From positions 1-24,238 of IMG/VR virus record IMGVR_UViG_3300017565_000041: a DNA stretch of 24,238 nt; one strand, written 5' to 3'. This DNA is from a virus. Its lineage: Duplodnaviria > Caudoviricetes. Shown here piece by piece: positions 1-8,847 of the stretch. The stretch's first letter is position 1. Each line of letters begins with the position of its first letter. The notes under the pieces were generated by a model. That model had not been told where the DNA came from. It saw nothing but the letters and a program-made list of their open reading frames with translations, and searched no databases. Made by a program: the position numbers and the translations under genes.

Positions 1-343
1 CGTCGATGACCGCCTTCGGAGCGCCGGTGCAGGTGCGCACCAGGTCGGCGATGGCCTCGGCGCTGAACTCGTCCTCGAGATCCCAGCCAGTGACGATCTC
101 GCCCAGTTGCTCGGCCTGCAGGGAGATCTCGCCAGCGGTGACTTCCTCCCAGGTTGCCCCATCCTTCTGGGCTTTCTCCGTCCAGGCGTCACGAGCCTTG
201 TTCCAGCGGTCGAACATTGCGGACAGGGCCACGCGGTCCATGTAGCGGAACTGGAACTCCACCGGCACTGCCTCGCCACCAATGCGCGGCACCTGCACCA
301 GCGCGGTGAACGTCGGGTTCTGCGCAATTTTGATCTTCGCCAT
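1..343 (-). CDS. Phage tail assembly chaperone (3' end runs off window)
   Basis: Hand-translated from ATG at 343: MAKIKIAQNPTFTALVQVPRIGGEAVPVEFQFRYMDR...IVTGWDLEDEFS; GGAG RBS at 348-351; directly follows tail tube gene. Confidence 0.85.
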   Translation of the reverse strand, partial: MAKIKIAQNPTFTALVQVPRIGGEAVPVEFQFRYMDRVALSAMFDRWNKARDAWTEKAQKDGATWEEVTAGEISLQAEQLGEIVTGWDLEDEFSAEAIADLVRTCTGAPKAVID

Positions 344-352
344 GTGGACTCC

Positions 353-1012
353 TTAGGCAGCCTTGAGGTAGCGCAGAGGGCGGCCGGACAGGCCAACAGA
401 GATGGTGCGGGTCATCAGGTTGTTCCGCTCCATGGTCGGGGTGGTGGTGATGCTGACGTAGCCCGGATAGAGGATCTGGTCACCGTTGCGCAGCTTCAGG
501 CGAACCACGGTCAGCTCCTTGGACTCGTCGAAGCCTTCGACAGCGCCCACGTACGCGGCGGTTGGCTGATCCTCGACCACGATCGCCAGACTGATCGGGT
601 TGCGGTTGGTCGGCATCTGGCGGTCGTCATCGTCTTCCAGATAGCCCACGGTCAGAAACTGCTGCTCACCGCCGGACGGGGTGAAGCCAGTTACCTTGGA
701 GATTTGCACCCAGTCGGTGACCGGGATGACCGAGCCAAGGCCAGCGCCAGGGGTGAAGATGTCGGCATCGGTGGTGCTGATGCTGCCCAGGCCGAAGCTG
801 TCGGTCAGCGGGTTCACGACCCGCGCGGCGCGGTCGGTGAGCTTGGCCCAGCCGGAATCGATCAGCACTACGTCATCGGCAGTCAGGTCGTGGCCTACAG
901 CGCTGAGCACTGGCGGCGCAGCGTTGGTGATTGCGGTGAAGGGGACGGCGGCCCCCAGGGTCGCGGCGATCTCAACGATAGCGCCGTTCGGCAGCGGGAA
1001 GCGTGCGGCCAT
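353..1012 (-). CDS. Major tail tube protein
   Basis: 219 aa; FPLPNGA N-terminus, AITNAAPPV, WVQISKV, SGGEQQF motifs typical of Phage_tail_3-like tubes; synteny. Confidence 0.88.
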   Translation of the reverse strand: MAARFPLPNGAIVEIAATLGAAVPFTAITNAAPPVLSAVGHDLTADDVVLIDSGWAKLTDRAARVVNPLTDSFGLGSISTTDADIFTPGAGLGSVIPVTDWVQISKVTGFTPSGGEQQFLTVGYLEDDDDRQMPTNRNPISLAIVVEDQPTAAYVGAVEGFDESKELTVVRLKLRNGDQILYPGYVSITTTPTMERNNLMTRTISVGLSGRPLRYLKAA

Positions 1013-1029
1013 GGTGTTTTCCTCTTGGG

Positions 1030-1062
1030 TAGAAACGACGAAGCCCGCACGCGGCGGGTTTC
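1030..1062 (-). terminator. Weak intrinsic terminator or hairpin after accessory gene
   Basis: Minus strand GAAACCCGC-CGCGT-GCGGGCTTC followed by interrupted T tract. Confidence 0.5.
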
Positions 1063-1079
1063 ATTGGTATCTGGAATGG

Positions 1080-2078
1080 TTAGCGACGATGCAGAAGGCC
1101 GCCCGGGCGAAGCTCTTCGCGGATCACCTCACGCACAGCCTCGGCCTGATCTTCGATCTTGGAGCGCAACTCCAAACCAAGGTCGCTATCAGCAAGCATG
1201 CCGCTGAGCAGTCCCAGGACCTCCGAGACATCGCCCTTCTCGATGGCGGGGTCCATGTCGGTCCGATCATCTTTGGTCTCGCCGCGAGCCGGGTCGATAC
1301 CAAGACCGATGCCAATGCAGACGTATTGGTCATTGGCATTCTTTGCCGTGGTCACGGCAAATCGGTCAGCGGCCGTCAGAAACTGACCAGCCAACAGAGC
1401 AGTGCCCGGCTTCCAGTCCGTCAGCGCATCACGCAGTGCACCTTCGCTCTCATCGTCTCGGCAAATCGCCTTCTCCAGCGCGCCAATGCGCTCGGCCAAA
1501 GCCTCATCCGCTGATGCGCGGGTGCTGGCTTCGTCAACGATCTGTGCTTTGATAGCGAACTGATCAATGAGGGCCTGGCTGATGAAGACCTGGTCACCCT
1601 CAACCACGAACGACTGATCAACCGATGGGTCATCGCTCTTCGGGCAGCCAAGGCGCGCCATGACCTTGCCGTTGCAGGTAATGGTCATACCGTCGCCATT
1701 GATGGTGATACCCGAGCCGGTAAGCCGCGAGACTCGAGCCAAGGCCTCTTGCTCAGTCTCGAGGCGCCGGTAGGTCAGCGTGGTGCGGATGTCCGGGCCG
1801 TCGCGGTCGAACGAGATGTCCTCAGTCGAGAGCTCGGCGCTATCGCGATGCTCAGCAGGGATCTTCGCGACTTGCGCGCCGATGAAGTTGTAGTACTCGA
1901 CTGCATTGCTAGGCAGGTCGCTTTCGGGCCACTCGCCAACCGTGACGGTGATCATTTGCGGAGCGCTGGACAGCGAACCCACGGCGACATGGCCTCTGTT
2001 GATTTCGAGGGCGCCAGTCTTGAGGTCGAAACGGTATCCTGAAACGCCAGTTACATAGTTAGCACTCTGTATCTGCAT
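1080..2078 (-). CDS. Accessory protein with tail-tip J/DUF1983-like motifs
   Basis: 332 aa; IQSANYVTGVSGYRFD, FVVEGDQVFISQALI, FLTAADRFAV, YVCIGIGLGI; GGAG RBS. Confidence 0.7.
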   Translation of the reverse strand: MQIQSANYVTGVSGYRFDLKTGALEINRGHVAVGSLSSAPQMITVTVGEWPESDLPSNAVEYYNFIGAQVAKIPAEHRDSAELSTEDISFDRDGPDIRTTLTYRRLETEQEALARVSRLTGSGITINGDGMTITCNGKVMARLGCPKSDDPSVDQSFVVEGDQVFISQALIDQFAIKAQIVDEASTRASADEALAERIGALEKAICRDDESEGALRDALTDWKPGTALLAGQFLTAADRFAVTTAKNANDQYVCIGIGLGIDPARGETKDDRTDMDPAIEKGDVSEVLGLLSGMLADSDLGLELRSKIEDQAEAVREVIREELRPGGLLHRR

Positions 2079-2092
2079 ACATTGTTCTCCAT

Positions 2093-2596
2093 TCAGGCCG
2101 CATCAAGGCCAAGGGTCAGTTGAAGCTGGTCTCGCCAGTACTCGACCTGATGCTCCAGGCCAGACTTCTTGTTTCGCCACCTCGCCAGCTCGCAACCACT
2201 CAGGCTTGCAACGGCCTTCGCGTCATCAAGAGCACGACAGGCGCGGTCAAATTGCTGCTTCTCGTTCAACTCGCCGCGCAACAGGGCGTCAATATGCAGG
2301 TCGGCCCAAACAGCGAACTTCAGATCCAGCCATCGAGCAAAGGCCACGCCCAGCTTCGGATGCAGCCAGGTGCCACTCTGGTAGCGACCACGGCGCGTTT
2401 CTAAAAGTGACTCAGGATCACAATTAAGCGCTTCCGCTAAAACCCCCATGTACTGCCTGGTTTCATCCTGCTTCAGCCAATCGACTGGGCGCTTACCGAA
2501 GCGCTTGGCCACATCAGTGGCATTAATCCAGCCCTCGCTATTGAAGCGAACGGCCTGGCCCTGGTAGTGAAACGGAATGACGTTGCTCTCGATCAT
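2093..2596 (-). CDS. KilA-N domain DNA-binding protein
   Basis: GWINATDVAKRFGKRPVDWL and GTWLHPKLGVAFARWL hallmarks; start moved to ATG 2596 with GAGGTG RBS at 2603-2608. Confidence 0.9.
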   Translation of the reverse strand: MIESNVIPFHYQGQAVRFNSEGWINATDVAKRFGKRPVDWLKQDETRQYMGVLAEALNCDPESLLETRRGRYQSGTWLHPKLGVAFARWLDLKFAVWADLHIDALLRGELNEKQQFDRACRALDDAKAVASLSGCELARWRNKKSGLEHQVEYWRDQLQLTLGLDAA

Positions 2597-2606
2597 CTGT
2601 GACACC

Positions 2607-2690
2607 TCGTTCATCAGGCGAATAGATACGCAGCCGGGGCGGACGGATGAACGAACATCCACCGTTCGGCTGTACGGGCCTAGGCTGCGT
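2607..2690 (-). promoter_or_regulatory. Structured leader upstream of kilA-N with alternative pairings
   Basis: ACGCAGCC 2628-2635 / GGCTGCGT 2683-2690; GGATG 2645-2649 / CATCC 2656-2660; 2646-2654 complementary to 2607-2615. Confidence 0.55.
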
Positions 2691-2725
2691 GTTTGGCTGG
2701 CCGCTTTTGGCAGCCTCGGAAGGGT

Positions 2726-3139
2726 TTACTGGTCCGCGATGCCGCGGTAGGTGAAGCTGGCCGGGACCGTGTAGGTCGCCGACTCGGTTATGGTTGGGCC
2801 CTGCTCTACCGGCTCGGTGATCAGGCCCTCGAAGCCATTGCGGCTGAGCGCCGAATCAACCCGGAAGAGGCTCGAAAGCTCGTCGACCAGAGTCTCAGCG
2901 ATTGCCAGAGGCTGGCCCGCAGGGCAGACGATGCTCACCTGGTAGACACCGGTGTACTCGTAGGCATCGCTGCCCAGGTAGCGGCAGGTGGTGCCCGCTG
3001 GCAACTGGAAAGCCTGCAGGTAGGTTTCACCTTGTTGAGCTTCGAAGGCCTGCTCGAAGTTCGCGACCCGGATCGGGCGCGCCGTGGCCCAGGCCATCAG
3101 CTTGATCTCGATGGCCTGTCGAGCGAGTGCCTGGCTCAT
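2726..3139 (-). CDS. Tail terminator-like protein (DUF4128-like)
   Basis: Start MSQALARQAIE at 3139 overlaps upstream stop (ATGA); YTGVYQVSIVCPAGQ, YTVPASFTY; synteny. Confidence 0.8.
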   Translation of the reverse strand: MSQALARQAIEIKLMAWATARPIRVANFEQAFEAQQGETYLQAFQLPAGTTCRYLGSDAYEYTGVYQVSIVCPAGQPLAIAETLVDELSSLFRVDSALSRNGFEGLITEPVEQGPTITESATYTVPASFTYRGIADQ

Positions 3140-3810
3140 ACCTGATTGTTCCTGATGGCTTGGTCGACGATAGCTTGGAAGTTGGCCAGGGTAACCCGGA
3201 CCATCCCGCTCGGCGCCTGGGTGGAGTGGCCATATTCCAATGGCACGGCATAGGGCAGGTTGTTCACGATGTAGGCAGTCTGGCCGATGGTCAGCGCCTG
3301 CACTTGCTCCCGCAATGCCGCAATCGCCTCGCTGCCCGATGGATCGATGCGGTCGAGCTCGCCGGCGGCGGGCAAGTCGATCGAGAACTGCCAATTGCCC
3401 CGGAATCGGCCACCAACATAGCCCTTCCCAGCCACGAGGCCGTTAACGTAGAAGTTCTGATAACGCTCGGTCTTGGTCAGCGGCTTGGCGTAGCGCACGC
3501 CCCGCTTGAGATTGCCAGACTTGGTGAAGTTGCTCGGGTTCTGGCTGATGATCTCGTTGCGGGCGGCGACTTTAGCGTCGTAGCGATCAGCCTCGGCATT
3601 GCGAGCCGCCTGATGCGCGACGTTTGCCGACCAGATATCCGGATTACCCACGGGCGACATCGTGATTACGCTAATTCCGATCTCAAGCACTATGTTTTGA
3701 AACGTTGAGTCCAAAGCGTCCTGCGCCTGCTCAGCGAACGCGCGGATGCTCTCGGCGAATCCTCCCTCAAGCCCGCCGTACCGCTGGGTCATGTGTGATC
3801 CGCGGGGCAT
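3136..3810 (-). CDS. HK97 gp10-like tail completion/neck protein
   Basis: SPVG...GRFRGNWQ, YIVNNLPYAVPLEYGHSTQAPSGMVR motifs. Confidence 0.85.
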   Translation of the reverse strand: MPRGSHMTQRYGGLEGGFAESIRAFAEQAQDALDSTFQNIVLEIGISVITMSPVGNPDIWSANVAHQAARNAEADRYDAKVAARNEIISQNPSNFTKSGNLKRGVRYAKPLTKTERYQNFYVNGLVAGKGYVGGRFRGNWQFSIDLPAAGELDRIDPSGSEAIAALREQVQALTIGQTAYIVNNLPYAVPLEYGHSTQAPSGMVRVTLANFQAIVDQAIRNNQV

Positions 3811-3811
3811 G

Positions 3812-4204
3812 TCACTTCCTCAGTTGGACGGTCCAGGTGGCTTTGGCTGGGTCTTCGGATACGTTGAGCGTCCGGTACCCGCTGATCAGGTCGCCAATCT
3901 TGGGCTCGGCCGGGATGGCAGTTACTGCATCGGCCTGCCCCTCGAACAGCTCGTTCTGCAGCACCAGCAGTTTCACGTCCTCGGTCTGGATGCGAGAGCC
4001 ATCGATCTCCTTGGCCAGGTAGCTACCAAACACACCGCGCCCGGCGTAATGGAAGGTTGAGGCCGGGACAGTACCGCCGATCTCGGGGTCGTATCCGCCC
4101 TTGATCGTGCGGCTGCCGAGAACCGGCTTCACTGCATCTGCCAGGCCGTCCGGATCATCAAAGGCTTCGGCCAGCTCCGCTTGTAGTTCCTCGCGCATAC
4201 CCAT
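3812..4204 (-). CDS. Putative head-closure protein
   Basis: Start MGMREELQ at 4204; GYDPEIG, PKIGD, DPAKATWTVQLRK; position between adaptor and gp10-like gene. Confidence 0.7.
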   Translation of the reverse strand: MGMREELQAELAEAFDDPDGLADAVKPVLGSRTIKGGYDPEIGGTVPASTFHYAGRGVFGSYLAKEIDGSRIQTEDVKLLVLQNELFEGQADAVTAIPAEPKIGDLISGYRTLNVSEDPAKATWTVQLRK

Positions 4205-4206
4205 GA

Positions 4207-4584
4207 TCAAACCCTCTTGAGCATCACGGTGCCAGAGCGACGGGTCCAAGGTGCAATCAGGTCCAGGGCGAAGTTCTCGCCAGTGGATCGCTCAACTGAG
4301 CCCGCAACGTAGGTCTTGCTGGTCGAGGTGCCGGCCTGGGCCGACACCGTCTTGCTCTGTACCTCGCGCTGGGTGTCCTTATAGAGCTTGCCGGCCGCAG
4401 CCAGCTTGGCCACCTGCGCGCCGGCGGTCACGATTGCATCCGGCACCGGGGTCGGCACAGTGCGCTTGATCTTGGCCGTGAGCCAGGCGTTGGCCATGGC
4501 CACAGCAAGGACCGCATCACCGGTACCGGCCCAGCCCTGCCCGAGCGCCTGGTCGACATCAGCGACGGTGATGAAGTCGGTCAT
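4207..4584 (-). CDS. Putative head-tail adaptor
   Basis: 125 aa; FITVADVD, ANAWL, VPDAIVTAGAQVA; AAGGA RBS; synteny. Confidence 0.7.
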   Translation of the reverse strand: MTDFITVADVDQALGQGWAGTGDAVLAVAMANAWLTAKIKRTVPTPVPDAIVTAGAQVAKLAAAGKLYKDTQREVQSKTVSAQAGTSTSKTYVAGSVERSTGENFALDLIAPWTRRSGTVMLKRV

Positions 4585-4587
4585 GGC

Positions 4588-5028
4588 TTATTCCTTCGAC
4601 GGGATCAGGGCCTGCAGGTCGGGCTTGTTGAGAGCGGGGTCGAAGGTTATGCCCTGGGCAGTCAGCCACTCTTTGAGCTCCGGCACCTTCATCTTGTGCG
4701 GGTCTGTCTCGGGAGCGCCGTCGCCCTCGTCCTCGATAGCTTTGTCGATCTCCGCTTGGCTACTGACAGAGGCATAGCCATTCGGCGGGTAGGCTGACGC
4801 CTTGTAGCCCTGCTCCAGCCACTGGGCGATAGTCGGGCCGTCCAAGCGCAGCCCTTCCTCGATCTCGCTGACGCTGATGCCCTGGCGCTGGTACGCCTCG
4901 CCGATGTGCGGAGCATCGCCCTGAACGGACACCGAGATAGCGCCATCGATCACGCCAAAGAACTGGTCCAGGCGGCGGTAACAGGTGCCACGCTCGGTGC
5001 CCGGGGTGTTGGTATAGATGACTTTCAT
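4588..5028 (-). CDS. HeH/LEM-like domain virion-associated protein
   Basis: C-terminal MKVPELKEWLTAQGITFDPALNKPDLQALI helix-extension-helix signature; follows capsid gene. Confidence 0.75.
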   Translation of the reverse strand: MKVIYTNTPGTERGTCYRRLDQFFGVIDGAISVSVQGDAPHIGEAYQRQGISVSEIEEGLRLDGPTIAQWLEQGYKASAYPPNGYASVSSQAEIDKAIEDEGDGAPETDPHKMKVPELKEWLTAQGITFDPALNKPDLQALIPSKE

Positions 5029-5075
5029 GCTGATCTCCTGCGCAGGGCGCCCGGCCGGCGCCCCGCATCATGGGG

Positions 5076-6053
5076 TCAAGGGGTGGCGGTGCCGCTGATG
5101 ACCGCGGCGAACGGAACCTGCTTGCGGTCGAAGACGCGCTTCCAGTTGGCCGCCGAGGCGTACTGGGTGGCGCTCGGGCTCAGGTTGCGGTTCTCGCTGC
5201 CCTGCCAGCTGAAGCCGGCCGGCTGGAGGATGTAGGTCTTGCGCTCCCACAGGACCTCTGCGCCGCCACCGTTGCCGCCATCGGGCTTGCGCTGCATCTC
5301 GACCGGCATGTGCGGGCTGCCCTCGCCATAGCCGAAGGCCCCCTGGCCGAAGAACAGCGACAGGTACTGGCCCGGCGCGTAGATCAGGGCGTCATCCATG
5401 AACACCGGCTTGCCCAGGTAGGTCGCCAGGATGATCTTGCCCTGCGAGTCGCGCAGGTACTCGATCATGTCCTGCTTGACCATCTGGTTCATCACGACCG
5501 AGTGCACGCCGATGGCGGCAAACATGTCAGCGGCGTCACCGGCGGTGAAGGCAGCGTCTTGAAAGGCGTTTGCGCTGATCGATGCGCCCGCATCTTTCAC
5601 CATGTCGCCGCCGTTGTTGGCGATGTTGGACGCAATAACGCCGCGGGCCGCCCCCATCAGGTAGCGCTGCCACTGACGGGTCCAGTAAGTGCCGAAGCGG
5701 TTGCGGATGTGCTGCATCGGCTCGGAATTGGCCAGCTCAGCGGTCAAATCGGAGACACCATAGCCCTTGTTGAGGTACAGGGTACGGGCACGCATGCTGC
5801 CCTGCTCAGCTTTGCCAACCTCGCCCAGATCGTCTGGGTCATCGTTGGAGATGTTTGGCGCCTCATCGGCGTCGAGATCCTGCCAGTAGCTGATCTCGGA
5901 AGTGCCTTGGCCGTTCTTGGCGATGCCGTCCAGAGTCGCGGAACGGGTGATGATGCCCGACTCATAGACGGCGGTCTTCTCTGGGGAGTTCACCGGCTCC
6001 AGAGTGCCGTAGTAGTCGGCGACGAAGATGTCCGACAGTTGGGTAGATGCCAT
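5076..6053 (-). CDS. Major capsid protein
   Basis: 325 aa; TQLSDIFV, DLTAELANSEPM, IGVHSVV, TYLGKPVFMDD, LFFGQGAFGYG, ANWKRVFDRKQVP. Confidence 0.9.
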   Translation of the reverse strand: MASTQLSDIFVADYYGTLEPVNSPEKTAVYESGIITRSATLDGIAKNGQGTSEISYWQDLDADEAPNISNDDPDDLGEVGKAEQGSMRARTLYLNKGYGVSDLTAELANSEPMQHIRNRFGTYWTRQWQRYLMGAARGVIASNIANNGGDMVKDAGASISANAFQDAAFTAGDAADMFAAIGVHSVVMNQMVKQDMIEYLRDSQGKIILATYLGKPVFMDDALIYAPGQYLSLFFGQGAFGYGEGSPHMPVEMQRKPDGGNGGGAEVLWERKTYILQPAGFSWQGSENRNLSPSATQYASAANWKRVFDRKQVPFAAVISGTATP

Positions 6054-6056
6054 GGG

Positions 6057-6407
6057 TTAGGTTCCTCGGGTGGCTTGGAGTTTTTTGAAAGCGTCGGGGT
6101 TGTCACGAGCCATCGCAGCACGCTCGGTCTCGGTGTACTCGCCCCATTTCTTCGTGGCCTTGCCACCGTTGTCGCCGGTCTGCCCGGCACCCTGAGCCCT
6201 TGGCCACAGGTGGGTAGCGGTCTCGCGCAGCGATTCCGCCCATTCGAGGGGAGACAGCGGGGTCTTGCCGTCCTTCCCGTACACGACTTCGCCGGCACGG
6301 TCGGTGGCAATGGGCTCTCCGTCTTCGCTCAGTTTGAAGGTGCCGCGGGCGCGGAGGATGATGTCCTCGGCAGCCTCGGGCAGCGCGCCGGCCTTGATGG
6401 CGGCTGC
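6057..6407 (-). pseudogene. C-terminal remnant of capsid scaffolding protein
   Basis: Frame reads AAAIKAGALPEAAEDIILRARGTFKLSEDGE...GKDGKTPLSPLEWAESLRETATHLWPRAQGAG; no native start, RBS or N-terminal coiled coil. Confidence 0.8.
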
Positions 6408-7522
6408 TCGATGGCGGCCGCCGCGGTGATGACAATGCTGTGCAACGTAGCGTGCTGGTCGTTCTGGCGCGTCTTGCGGGCTTCACCCGACTCGGTGCCT
6501 GACACGTCCATGACCTTGGCGCCCGCCTCAAGGGCGGCGTTCTTCTGGTCTTCCATCGCGGTGCGGACGGCTTGGATGCCAGCGCCTTGGAACTCCAGAT
6601 AGCCGCATTGGCCGTTTGGCCCGAGATCCCAGGCCGCTGAAGGCCCCGTCACGCTGAGTTCCACGCTCTCATCTAGGCCGGACACCCACGGCTGCGGGTG
6701 GCTGGTCTGGTGCAGAGCTGTGAAGTAGTCGGCGCTGAGCTGGTACGACTTCAGGGCGGCGCGGGCCATGGTCAGCAGCGGGATCTCGTCCACGTCCGGC
6801 GAGTTGTCGGTCGAGCCGCAGTAGATGACCGGGATGTAGTCCAGACCACGCACCAGGTTGTTGCTGCCGTCGACAGTGCCCAGCGGGCGGTCGTCCTCGA
6901 TCAGTTCCCCGGCCTCGTTGCGCACGCCCGTGCGGCAGACCGCGCCGTCCATGTAGAACTCGCGGTAGACCGTCTCGCATTCGTGGCTGTAGCGGTCCTG
7001 CTCCTTGCGCCTGAACTCGCGGAAGACGGATAGCACCAGATCCTGGCGACCACCTTGGTCGGCAGTGTCCCAGTTGATGGCGTTGCGCACGGCATAGGTG
7101 GCGAAGTATGGCTGGCCCGCGTCATCGATGTTGACCACCAGCGGCACCCGGCCATGGGAAATAGCCTGGCGCACGATCCGCAGGAACAGCTGAGTCAGAC
7201 CGAAGCCATCTGCCGTTGCGTTGTCCTCTAGTCCCTTCAAGCCCGCGGGCAGCTTCACCTCTGGGATCAGCCGGGAGACCAAGCCCATCATCGAGCGCAG
7301 AGAATCGCGCACCCAGTGTTCGTACTGGGCCCGGTCGGTGTAGTTACGGTAGAGGTACGCATTGCCTTGGCCGTCGAGCTTCTCGGCCTCGACCATGCCG
7401 CTGGGCTTGGGCAGGTTGCGCGGACTGCGCTTGATAGCGCCCTCGCCCTCCAAAGCGTCGTCCATCATCCGCCACTCTTCGATGTGAGTGTCGTAGTCTG
7501 GGTTGGTGGATTGAACAGGCAT
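6329..7522 (-). pseudogene. Portal protein (DUF4055-like), C-terminally truncated with out-of-frame tail
   Basis: Portal-like through ESGEARKTRQNDQHATLHSIVITAAAAIEQ, then abrupt PPSRPARCPRLP read from scaffold DNA in the wrong frame. Confidence 0.8.
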
Positions 7523-8847
7523 TACGCCAAACCTCCGATGCGGCGGGTGCCGGCGGAATGAGTCTTGATCGGGAACCGCTTGGCGATGAAGTAGCCGGCG
7601 GCGTCGTTCATGTGGTCGTGCCCCTTCTTGGGATCCTTGTCCGGCTCACCCTTGTCGGTGTAGGTCTGCCGCTCCAAGCACTGGGTAAGCTGCGGACACT
7701 GGTCAATGTTGACCTTCAGGCGCCGCTCCCCGTAGGTGTTCAGGAACATGGAATTGACCGCGTTTATGCGATCTTTCACCCCGGGGTTCTGCGAGTCGAC
7801 CACCACGGTAAAGCCGGCCTTCTTGAGCAGGGAAAGGTCCGATTCACTGGCGTTCTTGCTGCTTGTGTTCTGGCCGCTGGCGTCGGGGTACACAGAGACG
7901 CTGTGGCCGGAGAAGCGAACCTTGATCTTCTCGATCATCTCGGGCGTATCCCGCACCGAGTGGAACTCATCCAGCGCCAGCGGCAGGCCGTCCCGGACCA
8001 CGTACACGACCGCAGCCATCTTCATGACGTTGAAGTCCATGCCGATGTGCAGGGCCTCGCCTGGCTTGATGCGCTCGCTGGTGCGGCTCTCGCTGCGGCT
8101 GAAGGTGTAGTAGACAACACCTGCGTAGTTCTCGAAGCTGGCCTCGTACTCTTGCCGGAACGTGCGCGGGTCCATCTTGCGGCGCGCTGCATCCAGCTCC
8201 TCAGCCGGGACGTTGCCGCCCTGCAGCGAGGTATACAGCCAGCTCTTGTGGTCTGGCTCGCCACCGGTCTGGCCGTCGCGGTAGGTGTCGAAGCAGTGAT
8301 TGAAGCCTTTGGGGGTGCCGATGCGCAGCGCATGTCCGCCCTTGCACTTGCCAACACCGGGCACCACGTATTCGCAGGTGGACAGCATCGGCCGCAGGAC
8401 TTCTTCCCACGCTGCCCACTTGCAGTCCGCCCATTCATCCACCAGCACGAAGAACAGGCCGGAGCCGCGCAGGTCGTCGTAGTTCTCCAGACCTACACAG
8501 CGAATCAGGTGACCGCTCTTGAGCGTGATCAGCATGTCCGACTCGTTCGGTTTGCAGTCCCGCCACTCTCGCGGGATAGCCTGCTTCAGTCGACGCCAGA
8601 ACACCCGGCGGGCCTGCTTCTGCGTCGGAGCCGCGTACCAGATCTCATCCTCGACGCTCACGCCCCACTCCGCAGCGAGCCGGGCCGCGCGGCGCATCTC
8701 TGCCTTGCCGAGGAAGGTCTTGCCGAATCGACGCCCGCACACCGCATCACGGAAGCGCGCATTGCGCTGGAAGCCCCAGACGTAGATGTTCGCCTGCTTC
8801 GGCGTCAGCTTGACCGGCGCCTCATAGGTACGGGGTAGTCGGGCCAT
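7522..8847 (-). CDS. terL: Terminase large subunit
   Basis: Walker A CGRRFGKT, Walker B VLVDE, IGTPKG, nuclease GMDFN and HDHMNDAAGY. Confidence 0.95.
   Translation of the reverse strand: MARLPRTYEAPVKLTPKQANIYVWGFQRNARFRDAVCGRRFGKTFLGKAEMRRAARLAAEWGVSVEDEIWYAAPTQKQARRVFWRRLKQAIPREWRDCKPNESDMLITLKSGHLIRCVGLENYDDLRGSGLFFVLVDEWADCKWAAWEEVLRPMLSTCEYVVPGVGKCKGGHALRIGTPKGFNHCFDTYRDGQTGGEPDHKSWLYTSLQGGNVPAEELDAARRKMDPRTFRQEYEASFENYAGVVYYTFSRSESRTSERIKPGEALHIGMDFNVMKMAAVVYVVRDGLPLALDEFHSVRDTPEMIEKIKVRFSGHSVSVYPDASGQNTSSKNASESDLSLLKKAGFTVVVDSQNPGVKDRINAVNSMFLNTYGERRLKVNIDQCPQLTQCLERQTYTDKGEPDKDPKKGHDHMNDAAGYFIAKRFPIKTHSAGTRRIGGLA

Noticed and set aside
107-1514. Long plus-strand ORFs (366 and 277 aa)
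   Set aside because: Antisense shadows of high-GC tail genes; no motifs or RBS
6390-6420. Programmed frameshift making a portal-scaffold fusion
   Set aside because: No slippery heptamer and both proteins lack large parts; deletion is simpler
5070-8838. Plus-strand ORFs of 510 and 426 aa
   Set aside because: Mirror frames of capsid, portal and terL
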